A DNA stretch of 58,780 bases, counting the filler, from Dugesia japonica (lineage: Eukaryota), in the NCBI GenBank assembly GCA_001938525.1. It is 6 parts of 6 records of this genome, joined end to end, with 100 filler letters (N's around TTAATTAATTAA, not from the genome) between each part and the next. Parts side by side here need not be neighbours in the genome. Positions count along the whole stretch, not along the records: positions 18,144 to 29,978 come from MQRL01591636.1; positions 30,079 to 39,716 come from MQRL01583982.1; 4 more parts are not named here. One strand, written 5' to 3'. The translations under genes were made by a program, and so were the position numbers. The notes under the pieces were generated by a model, which saw only the letters and a list, made by a program, of their open reading frames with translations, had not been told where the DNA came from and searched no databases. Below, one piece after another: positions 26,231 through 35,486 of the stretch; the stretch's first letter is position 1, and every line of letters begins with the position of its first letter.

Positions 26231-26290
26231 GTAAGTTCAATTCTCTCCAACAATAATTATCAATAAAATTCTCCTCAACTAATTCGATTT

Positions 26291-26400
26291 AACTATACCC
26301 TCGGATAGTTTTATTATTTTTTTCCAATAAACTATACACTCGGATAGTTGTATTATTTCTCTCCATTAAACTATACACTCGGAGAGTTTTATTATTTTCG
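26291..26400. repeat. 39 bp tandem repeat x3, each with a hairpin
   Basis: AACTAT-AC(C/A)CTCGG-ATAGTT starting at 26291, 26330 and 26369; the third copy has one stem mismatch. Confidence 0.85.
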
Positions 26401-29169
26401 ACCAGATCTTCTTTAGTTCTCTTTTCGGTGGCCAACCGACAAGTATCCGGAATGCATTGCTGGTAATTAACTCACTACTCCAATATTTGCTTCAATATAT
26501 TTCATTTATTTTCGTTATTATCTTTCCTTCAAATACATTTCCGTCTTTTTTCACAACAGTTTATTTGTTTTAACACTCTCTCTATGTAGCCGGTAGTCTA
26601 TTTTTTCAGCTCCAGCTGGGTGAAAATTTCGATCCTCAATTAACAATAATACTGTAATATTTCAATTCTTGAGTCATTTGACAGTCTATTTCGATTCAGC
26701 TCCAACCGCTCGCTAATGTGAAGGTTCACAGTCAGAATCCCATGATCCAGCTGATATGTAACTACGACGCTACCCGCGATCGCATTACTAAAATAAATTT
26801 CCAAAACTAAACAACACTACTGATGCCACATGTGGGCTAACTATTGTACCATCTTGTCAACACTGAGTCCTCTGATTGCAAGATAACACGGACAATGTGC
26901 GACCTTGTCCTACTGGGATGTTTCACCCTCAATTCTAAGGCTTTGTAGAGCTACGGGTAGTTAGCTGTAGAGTGTGAGTGTCAAGGCGCCCTCACGCCAA
27001 CCGAGCGCCATAAGTGGTCAGCTTAATAGACGCAATGCTCGTTTCCCGCTCTTACGTTTATTCCCCTGGAATTTCCTGAGTTTATCTCTCCTGAATTAAA
27101 CTCCATTTTCCCGGCGTGGAAGTCAGACAAAGTATCCAACTTCCGAGATCGGTACTCCTTATCCGAAGCGTTGAATCTCGAAATCTGTCCCAGCATATCC
27201 ACGGAAGACCATCCACTCCAATAACTACTTCGAAGATTCCTGTCCCTAGTTCAATAACAATTTCAATCATTTCAGTCATTAGACGATCATTGTAGCTGTC
27301 CCTCCAAAGTTGATCAGGCTTCTGGTTCTAGCTTACTGATCACGGGCCCTATTTTCCAAAGTGACATCCACCATTACGACATCTTTTTCTTGGGTGTTTC
27401 ACATATCTACGGTCACGCTCGAAATTGTCTCTCTCCAAATTACTGTAATAAAATTCTCCAACAACATTTAAATCTAAATTCAAAATTACTTACTCATATG
27501 AAACTCAAAGTTAAATCACGATTAATATTCATTAACTCGCAACCTTTACCAATTAATTTCTTCAATGTTGACAACATTATTCCATTATCGTTTCATATGA
27601 CTCCGTAACCATAGAACCCCACTGTTACACCTCGTCCGCATCTCCGTTCATTTTTCGATCGAATTCTCGGTTACCACTCACTTGGGTGGCCTCTCTGTGT
27701 TGACTGTCCGATACCAATGCTGCACTTCTTGATAAGGCATAGCAATTTCCCCTCCAAATAAATCTCATTGATTAATTCCATTATTTCTTTTTAACTCATT
27801 TGTCGCCTCTCCTTTTCTCAAATTTATTAGTTTCTCGTCAATATCTCATCTCAAAATTATTCTCTTAATATCTAGTAATCTCATTGCTTTCAGTTACTCC
27901 TACTTCGTTGCTTGTAGATTATCATTACCACGCAAATTATTCGTTATGCTTCCAAAACAATTAAGCATATTAAATGGATAAAATGACTGTTTATATTGAA
28001 TAAATATAGTAAAATTAGTGACTAGATTTAATCTAATAAGTATTTTCCATGACAAAAGTATTTCTCTGGTAAAACTTGTATTTTCTATTATAAGTTCATA
28101 CTTTTTCTATTATAAAGCTAGTACTTTCAACGATGAACCTTTATTTTCTAATAGTGAAATTCTCAATAACAAAACTATTAAATAATGTATAAATTATAGT
28201 CTAATGATTGATTTTGCTAACAATGTAACTCATAATTAGGTATCTGTTTATCTAAAAGAAAACGAAACCCATGGAAATCCAGGCGTAAGCAAAGATAAAA
28301 GCAAATATTGAAGGATTTTATTGAAAAGAATTTGAATATCCTACTAGATAAAACCATTATATTTATGTTGAAACCTATAATTTCCATAAAAAAGGACAAA
28401 AATGGGGGAAATAACCAAAAAATGAGGGAAAGCGACAAAAACAGGTTAAAGGGAGAATTAAGAGAGAAACTTTAAATTGATAAAGGACTAAAAATCATAT
28501 AAAACTATGGAAAATGCTATGAGAAGCGACTAATGTTAAAATTAAAGTATGATCATTTTTTAAGAAATTCTTTAGCAAATAGACCATCACTAGGAAATTT
28601 CATTAACTAAAATTAAATTAAATTCCTTAGAAAATTAACCAAAAAATGACTTTAATTAACTATAATTGACTGATTAAATCATTTAACCAAGATTACCATT
28701 ACCTTAGAATATTTTAACCGATTCATCCGAAGATTACCCAGAATTATCCAAAAATCACCAAATAGTGACTATTATTGACCAAAACTGAGCATTGTCAGTA
28801 AATAAATGACCACTATGCGCAAATAATTTACCAAGATTCGATCTCTTCGAGTAATTATTGACTATGATTGTACAAAACTGACTTCATCGAGTAAACCTTT
28901 GACCGAATTCACCTCAAAATTGTTCAAATTCAACCAGCCTGAAGAAAAATTTGACCGTACCAAAATTAGCCATATTCGACCTGACAGAGTAAAATATATC
29001 CAAATTCACCTAAAACCACTCAAAATAAGACCGAATCAACTATCCCGAGGAAAACTTTAGTGGATTTGACTTCACCGAGCGAAAATTTAAACAAATTGAA
29101 CTTTTATTTATTTAAAAGGATTATTTAAAAAATTGACTGATTACGTAAAATCTGTATGAAAACACAAAT

Positions 29170-29978
29170 CCATTGTATAAAGTTTCTGAGCCACTTACGT
29201 AAGAAATTTGATACTACTTAATTCGATTTCGTTATATTATAGAAATTTTTTTTCTAACTAAAAAGAAAGGAAAAATTCAGAGCCACTTCAAAGATTGATT
29301 TTTGGAAGGTCATTCATTTGAAAAAAGAGTGCAAAACACGATGGAGTAGCCTATTGTGTATGATGGAAAGATTTCATTTGTTAAAAATTTGTATTAAAAA
29401 TACACTATTTTTTTGANGATTCGTTACAAATAGANGAATATGAGTATGAAATTGTTTCACATTTAGTTTGTGTTAAGTCCAATTATCAATATACTTAATG
29501 ATAATTTAACAACTGCAGATATTGCATTAGAATTTATGTTGAAAAGCTGGAACAATAAAATTTGAACATCAGTTGCGAAACTATTTCAGCTGTAATTCTT
29601 CAAATTAAAAAGAAGAGAACTCAATTAAGCAGCTTAGCTCAATATATTCACAACAATCAATGATTCAATGAAAATGACTGAAGCTTTTATATCATTCGCA
29701 AATACTGAAAACAAACAGCTTATGTTGGAGCGTTTACAGCAATAAAAAATACAACCAATTTAGTAGCTAAAATTTTTAAGGAAGCTGATATATATACTTT
29801 ATAGTGAGAATTCTATGAGTGAGCAATCGAACCAAGCCCAGGAAAAAGGTTTTATGTCAGCTAGAAAACTTCCATCGCGAGTTGAAAACACTTATCAAAA
29901 CTAAAAAAAGAAATGTCGTTATTTGAAAGTTGTGTCATAATAAAGGACTATCTGCAAAGAGTTTATGATTTTTTAATA
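29170..29978 (+). mobile_element. hAT-superfamily transposase remnant
   Basis: Manual translation gives LKKECKTRWSSLLCMMERFHLLKICIKNTL (~29318-29410) and LTTADIALEFML (~29507-29545); TRWxS..MxxRF is the hAT signature. Confidence 0.8.
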
Positions 29979-30078
29979 NNNNNNNNNNNNNNNNNNNNNN
30001 NNNNNNNNNNNNNNNNNNNNNNTTAATTAATTAANNNNNNNNNNNNNNNNNNNNNNNNNNNNNNNNNNNNNNNNNNNN
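29979..30078. other. Artificial scaffold linker
   Basis: TTAATTAATTAA at 30023-30034 within Ns. Confidence 0.95.
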
Positions 30079-30330
30079 AATTGTAATGTGATTTACATAT
30101 CACAAACATATTATGATTTAGATAAAAATTCAATAAGAAATAATAGTAATTGTTTTATTTTCTTTAAACTTGGTAAAAGAGATAAGGATAATGTTTATCA
30201 TGATTTATTCAGTAATATTTTTAATTCAAAAGAAGAATATGACTTTGAAACCAATCACCATTGGAAAACAAAATATAATTATTTTTATCTAGATAAAGAA
30301 AAAGAAATGTTGGTGGATTCACTATTCTAG
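30079..30330 (+). CDS. FtsK/A32-like packaging ATPase, C-terminal part (5' truncated)
   Basis: NCNVIYISQTYYDLDKNSIRNNSNCFIFFK matches the conserved sensor Q / arginine-finger region of Polinton ATPases. Confidence 0.8.
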   Translation, partial: NCNVIYISQTYYDLDKNSIRNNSNCFIFFKLGKRDKDNVYHDLFSNIFNSKEEYDFETNHHWKTKYNYFYLDKEKEMLVDSLF

Positions 30331-30447
30331 CTAACGAAGCCGCTTCGCGGCGCTATTAGCTAAGCTGTAAGCCGAGCTGTAAGCCGAGCGAAGCGAGGCT
30401 TCTGATCTAAACCAACTAAATGTTAAAGCTAAATTATTATTTAAAAA

Positions 30448-30972
30448 ATGTCCACAACTGAACAAGAATTATTAAATTTAATAAATAGTGACAAAAGTAA
30501 ATCAATTAAAATTAATGGTAAAAATTATTGGATTGGAAAAAGAAGTAAAGATTTAATAAAACAAAGGTTAGAAAAAGAAGGTGGACTATTTCCATTATTA
30601 GGTTTAATACCAGCAATTTTAGCAGGAATTGGTGCAGCTGCTCCTACTATTGCAGGAGTAACTGCAGCAGTTGCAGGAACTGCAGGCGCTGCTGCTGGTA
30701 TTGCAAAAGTAGTTGCAAATTCAAGAGAAGCTAGTAATAAACTTAAAGAAGGTGAATTATTAAATGAACAGATAAAGTCTGAACAATTAAAGTCTGGCAA
30801 AGGTATTTATTTAAATCCTTATCAAGGATCAGCTATTCACAAATATCTAAAACCTTATTTACTTGATAATGTTAATACAAAGAAATTTAAAAAAGGAATT
30901 GAAATTATTCCAAGTGGTAATGGATTATATTTGAATCCTTATCCTCATAATGAGAACCTAAATAAAACTTGA
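30448..30972 (+). CDS. pX/mu-like membrane-active core protein precursor
   Basis: KEGG/LFPLLGLIPAILAGIGAAAP resembles the adenovirus pX GG/xLPxLIPxIAAAIGA segment. It has an Ala/Gly-rich helix and two SGxG(I/L)YLNPY repeats. Confidence 0.7.
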   Translation: MSTTEQELLNLINSDKSKSIKINGKNYWIGKRSKDLIKQRLEKEGGLFPLLGLIPAILAGIGAAAPTIAGVTAAVAGTAGAAAGIAKVVANSREASNKLKEGELLNEQIKSEQLKSGKGIYLNPYQGSAIHKYLKPYLLDNVNTKKFKKGIEIIPSGNGLYLNPYPHNENLNKT

Positions 30973-30977
30973 ATAAA

Positions 30978-31944
30978 ATGGATAATTGGATTGATGATAG
31001 AATAAAATGTTTAAGAGATCAAATTAAGGCAAGAGATGATTATGATAAATTAATAGTTGAACAAGTTTCATTTAACAACAACTTTGGTTCAACTGGACAG
31101 TTTTCAAATCAGCTGTCAGCTAATTTAAATAAAGCTGAACCTTTAAAAGCAGAAGCTTTAAAAGAATCTATTAAAGCTGAACCAACAAAAGAATCTGCTA
31201 AAGAATCTGCTAAAGCTGAAAGAATAACAAGTGATAATTTTAGAATAAAAAAAGAAAATTTTCCAGTAACTAAGAAATATGATTTACCACCAACTTTAAT
31301 TCCTTATATTATTTTTAATGATGATGATTATTTTGATTCTTTTAAAATAGGACCAGATAATATTGAATTAAAAGAAAGAGTAGAGGATGGAGAAAGAAAG
31401 AGATTTTTTCTTATAAATGGAACAAAAGAAATAGATTTTAATCAAGAAGTATTAAATTTAATGTTTGGTTATGGTTNNNNNNNNNNNNNNNNNNNNNNNN
31501 NNNNNNNNNNNNNNNNNNNNNNNNNNTTTTCTTATAAATGGAACAAAAGAAATAGATTTTAATCAAGAAGTATTAAATTTAATGTTTGGTTATGGTTCGA
31601 GTGATAATGAAGCTAAAAAACTTTATTTAAATAGTTTTAATTTTAATGCTCCTAGTTCAAGTAAATATATTAAAACATGTAAGAAAAGAAGAATATTTGA
31701 TGAAGAGTTTAAAGAATTAAAAAACCCTCCAAAATATAAAGAAATTAATACTATCAAAACTAATTATGGTGAAGGTTTACAGAATCCAATTAAATTATTG
31801 GAAAAGTTTGTAATATTAACCAGTGCAATGAAAGCAGGACACGATAATCTGTCTAATGATTTTGTTAAAATAATAAACAAAATGTTGGATAATAAATTAA
31901 TAACAAAAACTAAATATGATAGATTAAAAGTTAAATACTTGTAA
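30978..31944 (+). CDS. Conserved Polinton hypothetical protein (split by an assembly gap)
   Basis: ORFs 30969-31562 and 31465-31944 overlap through a ~70 bp sequence duplicated on both sides of the gap. The C-terminus GEGLQNPIKLLEKFVILTSAMKAGHDNLSNDFVKIINKML resembles a recurrent Polinton protein tail. Confidence 0.65.
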
Positions 31945-31946
31945 GC

Positions 31947-32020
31947 CAGCGAAGCTGAGTAGCAGCGAAGCTGAGTAGCAGCGAAGCTGAGTAGCAGCGA
32001 AGCTGAGTAGCAGCAAAGCA
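31947..32020. repeat. 16 bp tandem repeat CAGCGAAGCTGAGTAG x4 plus a partial copy
   Basis: GCGAAGC cores at 31949, 31965, 31981 and 31997; each unit folds as CAGC-GAA-GCTG. Confidence 0.95.
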
Positions 32021-32113
32021 AAATTAAACTATAATAAATTACTTATATAAAATTACTTGTTAGAAACCTTATTTAAGAAACCTCACTCGCTACGCTCGGT
32101 TTAATCATTTTCA

Positions 32114-32938
32114 ATGTCTCATCAATTTTTAATATATGGTCAAGAACATGAATTGGAAACAAAATTATCAAATGGTTTAAATTAAAAAGGTGAATGGGAA
32201 ATTGCTTTAATTTGGTTCACTACATCCAACATGATTTTAAATATAAATAATAAAAATAATAAATACAAGATCCAACTAGTTGGCAATAGTACATTAAAAG
32301 AATTAACTCCAGGGGCTTATGAAATTAAGCAAATAGCTGAGCGTTTGCTCGTTGATTGTCTATTGTTAACTTTTGATGTATCAACAGGTAAAGCAATGCT
32401 TCAACTATATATTGACAAGGAAAATAAAACTAATCAAATCAATCAAGTTAATCAAGTAAAGCTTGAATTTGATGATATTTCTTTTTTTCATACTATATTG
32501 GGATATAATGTTTTGACTGATGGTTATTTACTTACTAATCAACTTACTAAAGATAAAACTTTCATTTCAGATAATAAAATAAACATTATTGACATTAACA
32601 CAATTAATATTATTTGTAATATTGTTCAAGGTAATTATTTAAATAGTAAAGAATATAANNNNNNNNNNNNNNNNNNNNNNNNNNNNNNNNNNNNNNNNNN
32701 NNNNNNNNAAGGTAATTATTTAAATAGTAAAGAATATAATTTATTACATAGTTTGCCAATGGGAACAGTTCCTTATGGATATCGAATAACAGACAGACCA
32801 GCGAATCCAATTTACTCTCAAATTAATACAGATTTCATATCTAGAATAAAATTAAATATAGTAGATGAGAATTTTAATACAATAGACTTTGATGGTGAAA
32901 AGATTAATATTTTAGTTCATCTTAGAAAGGTTAAATGA
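32114..32938 (+). pseudogene. Minor capsid protein (penton, single jelly roll) with a premature stop
   Basis: The ATG at 32114 is in frame with ORF 32231-32938 but is interrupted by TAA at 32183-32185 (GLN*KGEWEIAL). Motifs PGAYEI, INIICNIVQGNYLN, VPYGYRITDRPANPIY and IVDENFNTIDFDGEKINILVHLR. Confidence 0.8.
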
Positions 32939-32949
32939 TTTAGATAAAA

Positions 32950-33453
32950 ATGAATAAAGAAACCTCACATACTTGGTCTATAGTAGATTTTCTAAAAACA
33001 TTTGGTATATCATCCACAACTAATTTTGATTTGTTAGAAATTGCTAAATTTTTAAATATTAAAGTAAATGTTGTAATGAAGAATGAGTGGGCTAGCGCTG
33101 AGCGCTCATCGGCTGACAGCTGGCCAGTACAAAACTGGATAATAAACTATCAAAATTCAAATCAAAAAGGTAGTCATTGTGTTGCTCTAGTTCAATTAGA
33201 TAAACCAAATGGATCTTGTAAAAAGTATTATTTTGATTCCTATGGACTACCTCCGCTAGATTGTATCAAGCAATCAATTGGAAAATGTACACTAAAATGG
33301 AATAGCGTTCAAGTTCAGCCATGGCAAACTAAAATATGTGGGATATTATGCATTTACTTTATTTATAAACTAGAACGTGGAGGTAGCCCTTTTGATTTAC
33401 AATTTAATGCAATAATTAAAGAATTAAAAAATACATTCAAAGATTGGCTTTAA
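32950..33453 (+). CDS. Adenain/Ulp1-like cysteine maturation protease
   Basis: INYQNSNQKGSHCVAL, YYFDSYGLPP and QVQPWQTKICGILCIYF supply the His, Asp, Gln and Cys residues. Confidence 0.9.
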   Translation: MNKETSHTWSIVDFLKTFGISSTTNFDLLEIAKFLNIKVNVVMKNEWASAERSSADSWPVQNWIINYQNSNQKGSHCVALVQLDKPNGSCKKYYFDSYGLPPLDCIKQSIGKCTLKWNSVQVQPWQTKICGILCIYFIYKLERGGSPFDLQFNAIIKELKNTFKDWL

Positions 33454-33484
33454 ACTTATCACTATAAACTTATCCCTATAAGAA

Positions 33485-34696
33485 ATGACTCACAGCTTTT
33501 CAAATGTTATAATGAATAGGTTTGGGGAAACATTGGACAATAAAAATACTAACCAATTACTAGAAGCATTTGATGGTAAAGTAGAAAGTAAAATTAATTT
33601 AAAATTAAAGATTCATGAACATGAAGAACAAGTTAGAAATAAAAAGTATGATGATAGAGAATATGTTGATAAAGTTGTTAATAAACAGATTGATAAAGTT
33701 GTTAATAAACAGATTAAACAGCTGAGCGCTCAGATAATTAAACAACAAGTTACTATTGATACTTTGATAGAAAGTAACAAAGTTCAATTTAGTGAAAGTA
33801 AAAAGGAATTTATTAATTTTAAAAGTATAATGATATTTCAATTAAATAATATGATTAATAAAGTTAATAATGATTACATGAATAAAGTATATGTTAATGC
33901 CAATAACTTGATTAAACAAATTGAAAAGTTGACAAGTAAATGTGGTCAAGAAAAATGTAATGACATTCAAAGACAGTTTGATAAATTAAAATATGAATTT
34001 AATTATTATCTACAAAGTAAAAACGATCCATTACCTGCATTAGAATCAATATTTTTTCAAAGAAAACACATGTATCAAAATGATAGAGAATATCTTTACA
34101 AGATAATAACCAAATTGAAACAAGAAAGAAGTAGAAATAAACTTTATTCAATTAAATTAATCACAGAGGTGAAAGAATCAATAGAAAATTATTTTCCTTA
34201 TGAATTAGAAAAGGATGAAATTAAAAACAAGAATGTATTATTTAAATTAACAATAGATAAAGTTATTGATGATTTACCAAGTGTTACTATTTTTAAAATG
34301 AAAAGATTTACTGCATATAGACAAGGATTTTATTTTGATAAAATATTAGGAAAAGGGAATACTTATTATCTATTAGAAAAAGATGCAACATTTAATTTTG
34401 AATTATTAAAAGAAGAAGAAGAATTATATTTCCTTTTTATATTTGGCTTTCCAGGACAAAATCATGATTTTGCTCCTTACTATTTTATTAATGAAGTTTT
34501 AATAAAAAATGAATCTACTCCAGTAGTTTTTAAAAACTTTAAATTTAAAACAAAAATTGATAATAATTTAACAAGATTATTTTATATTAGTAGTAAAGAT
34601 GTAAATAAAAATTCATCAAAATGGTTAAAGTTTTCAATAACCCTTAGTACTGATACTTTTTTAAAAACTATAATAATATCAACTAAAAAGTTTTGA
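33485..34696 (+). CDS. Hypothetical 403-aa Polinton protein (coiled-coil N-half, beta-rich C-terminus)
   Basis: Intact ORF with a tandem DKVVNKQI repeat; no recognised domain. Confidence 0.7.
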   Translation: MTHSFSNVIMNRFGETLDNKNTNQLLEAFDGKVESKINLKLKIHEHEEQVRNKKYDDREYVDKVVNKQIDKVVNKQIKQLSAQIIKQQVTIDTLIESNKVQFSESKKEFINFKSIMIFQLNNMINKVNNDYMNKVYVNANNLIKQIEKLTSKCGQEKCNDIQRQFDKLKYEFNYYLQSKNDPLPALESIFFQRKHMYQNDREYLYKIITKLKQERSRNKLYSIKLITEVKESIENYFPYELEKDEIKNKNVLFKLTIDKVIDDLPSVTIFKMKRFTAYRQGFYFDKILGKGNTYYLLEKDATFNFELLKEEEELYFLFIFGFPGQNHDFAPYYFINEVLIKNESTPVVFKNFKFKTKIDNNLTRLFYISSKDVNKNSSKWLKFSITLSTDTFLKTIIISTKKF

Positions 34697-34721
34697 ACAA
34701 GGCTAAATTATTTAATAAAAA

Positions 34722-35420
34722 ATGGAAGCTAGTAACCTATACCCAAATTTAGATAAAGATTTTAATAATGATAAAGATTTTTATATTGATAATGATAATG
34801 ATCAACAACCATCTCAGTTAGCTGGAAGTTTAACAATACAAGAATTGAAAAATAAATTAAACCAAACAAGAATTAAAGATTTTGAGAATGATCTAGAATG
34901 GATAGGTGATAAACTAAAACATTATAATAAATTAAAAAGAAGGTGGTCAAAGTTTGATAATGGTATTAGATTTACAGATGTTGGTATTTCTACGCTTGTA
35001 GGAGTTGCTTCAGGAACAATAATATTAATGTCAACTTTATCTTTTACAATACCTTTAATTGTTACTGGAATAGTTACAGGTATTCCAATTATATATTCTA
35101 GTGCTCATGGATCTTTGAGAGTTGGTTTAATAAAAAATAAAATTTCCAAGTATGATAATAAAATTAAATTATTAGAAGAAACTAAAAATAAATTATTCCT
35201 CTTTCATATTAAAGCTTTGGAAGATAATGAATTAAGTAATGAAGAAATTAAAATTAGTAAAGATATAATTGTTAAACTTAAAGAACAACTTTTAAATATT
35301 AAAGGCAAACCACAAGTCAACAAGTTGAACAATGAACTGCCTAGCGATCTGCTTAACCAGTTGTCCAACTTTATGCAACAAATATCAAGCAGTCAATCAA
35401 ATAAAAAATTTATAAAATAA
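34722..35420 (+). CDS. Polinton membrane protein: coiled coil - hydrophobic hairpin - coiled coil
   Basis: Intact 232-aa ORF with N-terminal LYPNL and a central hydrophobic stretch VGISTLVGVASGTIILMSTLSFTIPLIVTGIVTGIPII. Confidence 0.75.
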   Translation: MEASNLYPNLDKDFNNDKDFYIDNDNDQQPSQLAGSLTIQELKNKLNQTRIKDFENDLEWIGDKLKHYNKLKRRWSKFDNGIRFTDVGISTLVGVASGTIILMSTLSFTIPLIVTGIVTGIPIIYSSAHGSLRVGLIKNKISKYDNKIKLLEETKNKLFLFHIKALEDNELSNEEIKISKDIIVKLKEQLLNIKGKPQVNKLNNELPSDLLNQLSNFMQQISSSQSNKKFIK

Positions 35421-35486
35421 TTGACTAGTAAAAAAAAATGATCATGTTGGTGTACAACCCTTAGGACCAAAAGATTTGTATAAGAA

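Larger units (their letters stand above)
18144..29100 (-). mobile_element. Large Gypsy-gag retroelement with accessory ORF region and chuvirus-type env; 3' end truncated, 5' boundary uncertain
   Basis: Co-oriented gag, unknown ORFs and glycoprotein on the minus strand with uniform purine skew, and a long repeat-rich leader upstream. A second LTR is not visible. Confidence 0.75.

Noticed and set aside
25565-26400. CRISPR-like repeat-spacer appearance
   Set aside because: Repeats are degenerate, spacers are related to each other, there are no cas genes, and the context is a eukaryotic retroelement.
27700-27725. Minus-strand CA-T-TGGTATCGG as an initiator-Met primer-binding site
   Set aside because: Only ~7 nt resemble the plant-type PBS and it does not fit the animal initiator tRNA end; insufficient evidence.
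30525-30800. Antisense Ala/Pro-rich ORF, and similar antisense ORFs over DUSP12, gag, env and the 403-aa gene
   Set aside because: Shadows of the real genes on the opposite strand.
31408-32739. Frameshift/duplications in the Polinton ORFs at the two N gaps
   Set aside because: Identical sequence on both sides of each gap; merging the overlaps restores single ORFs.
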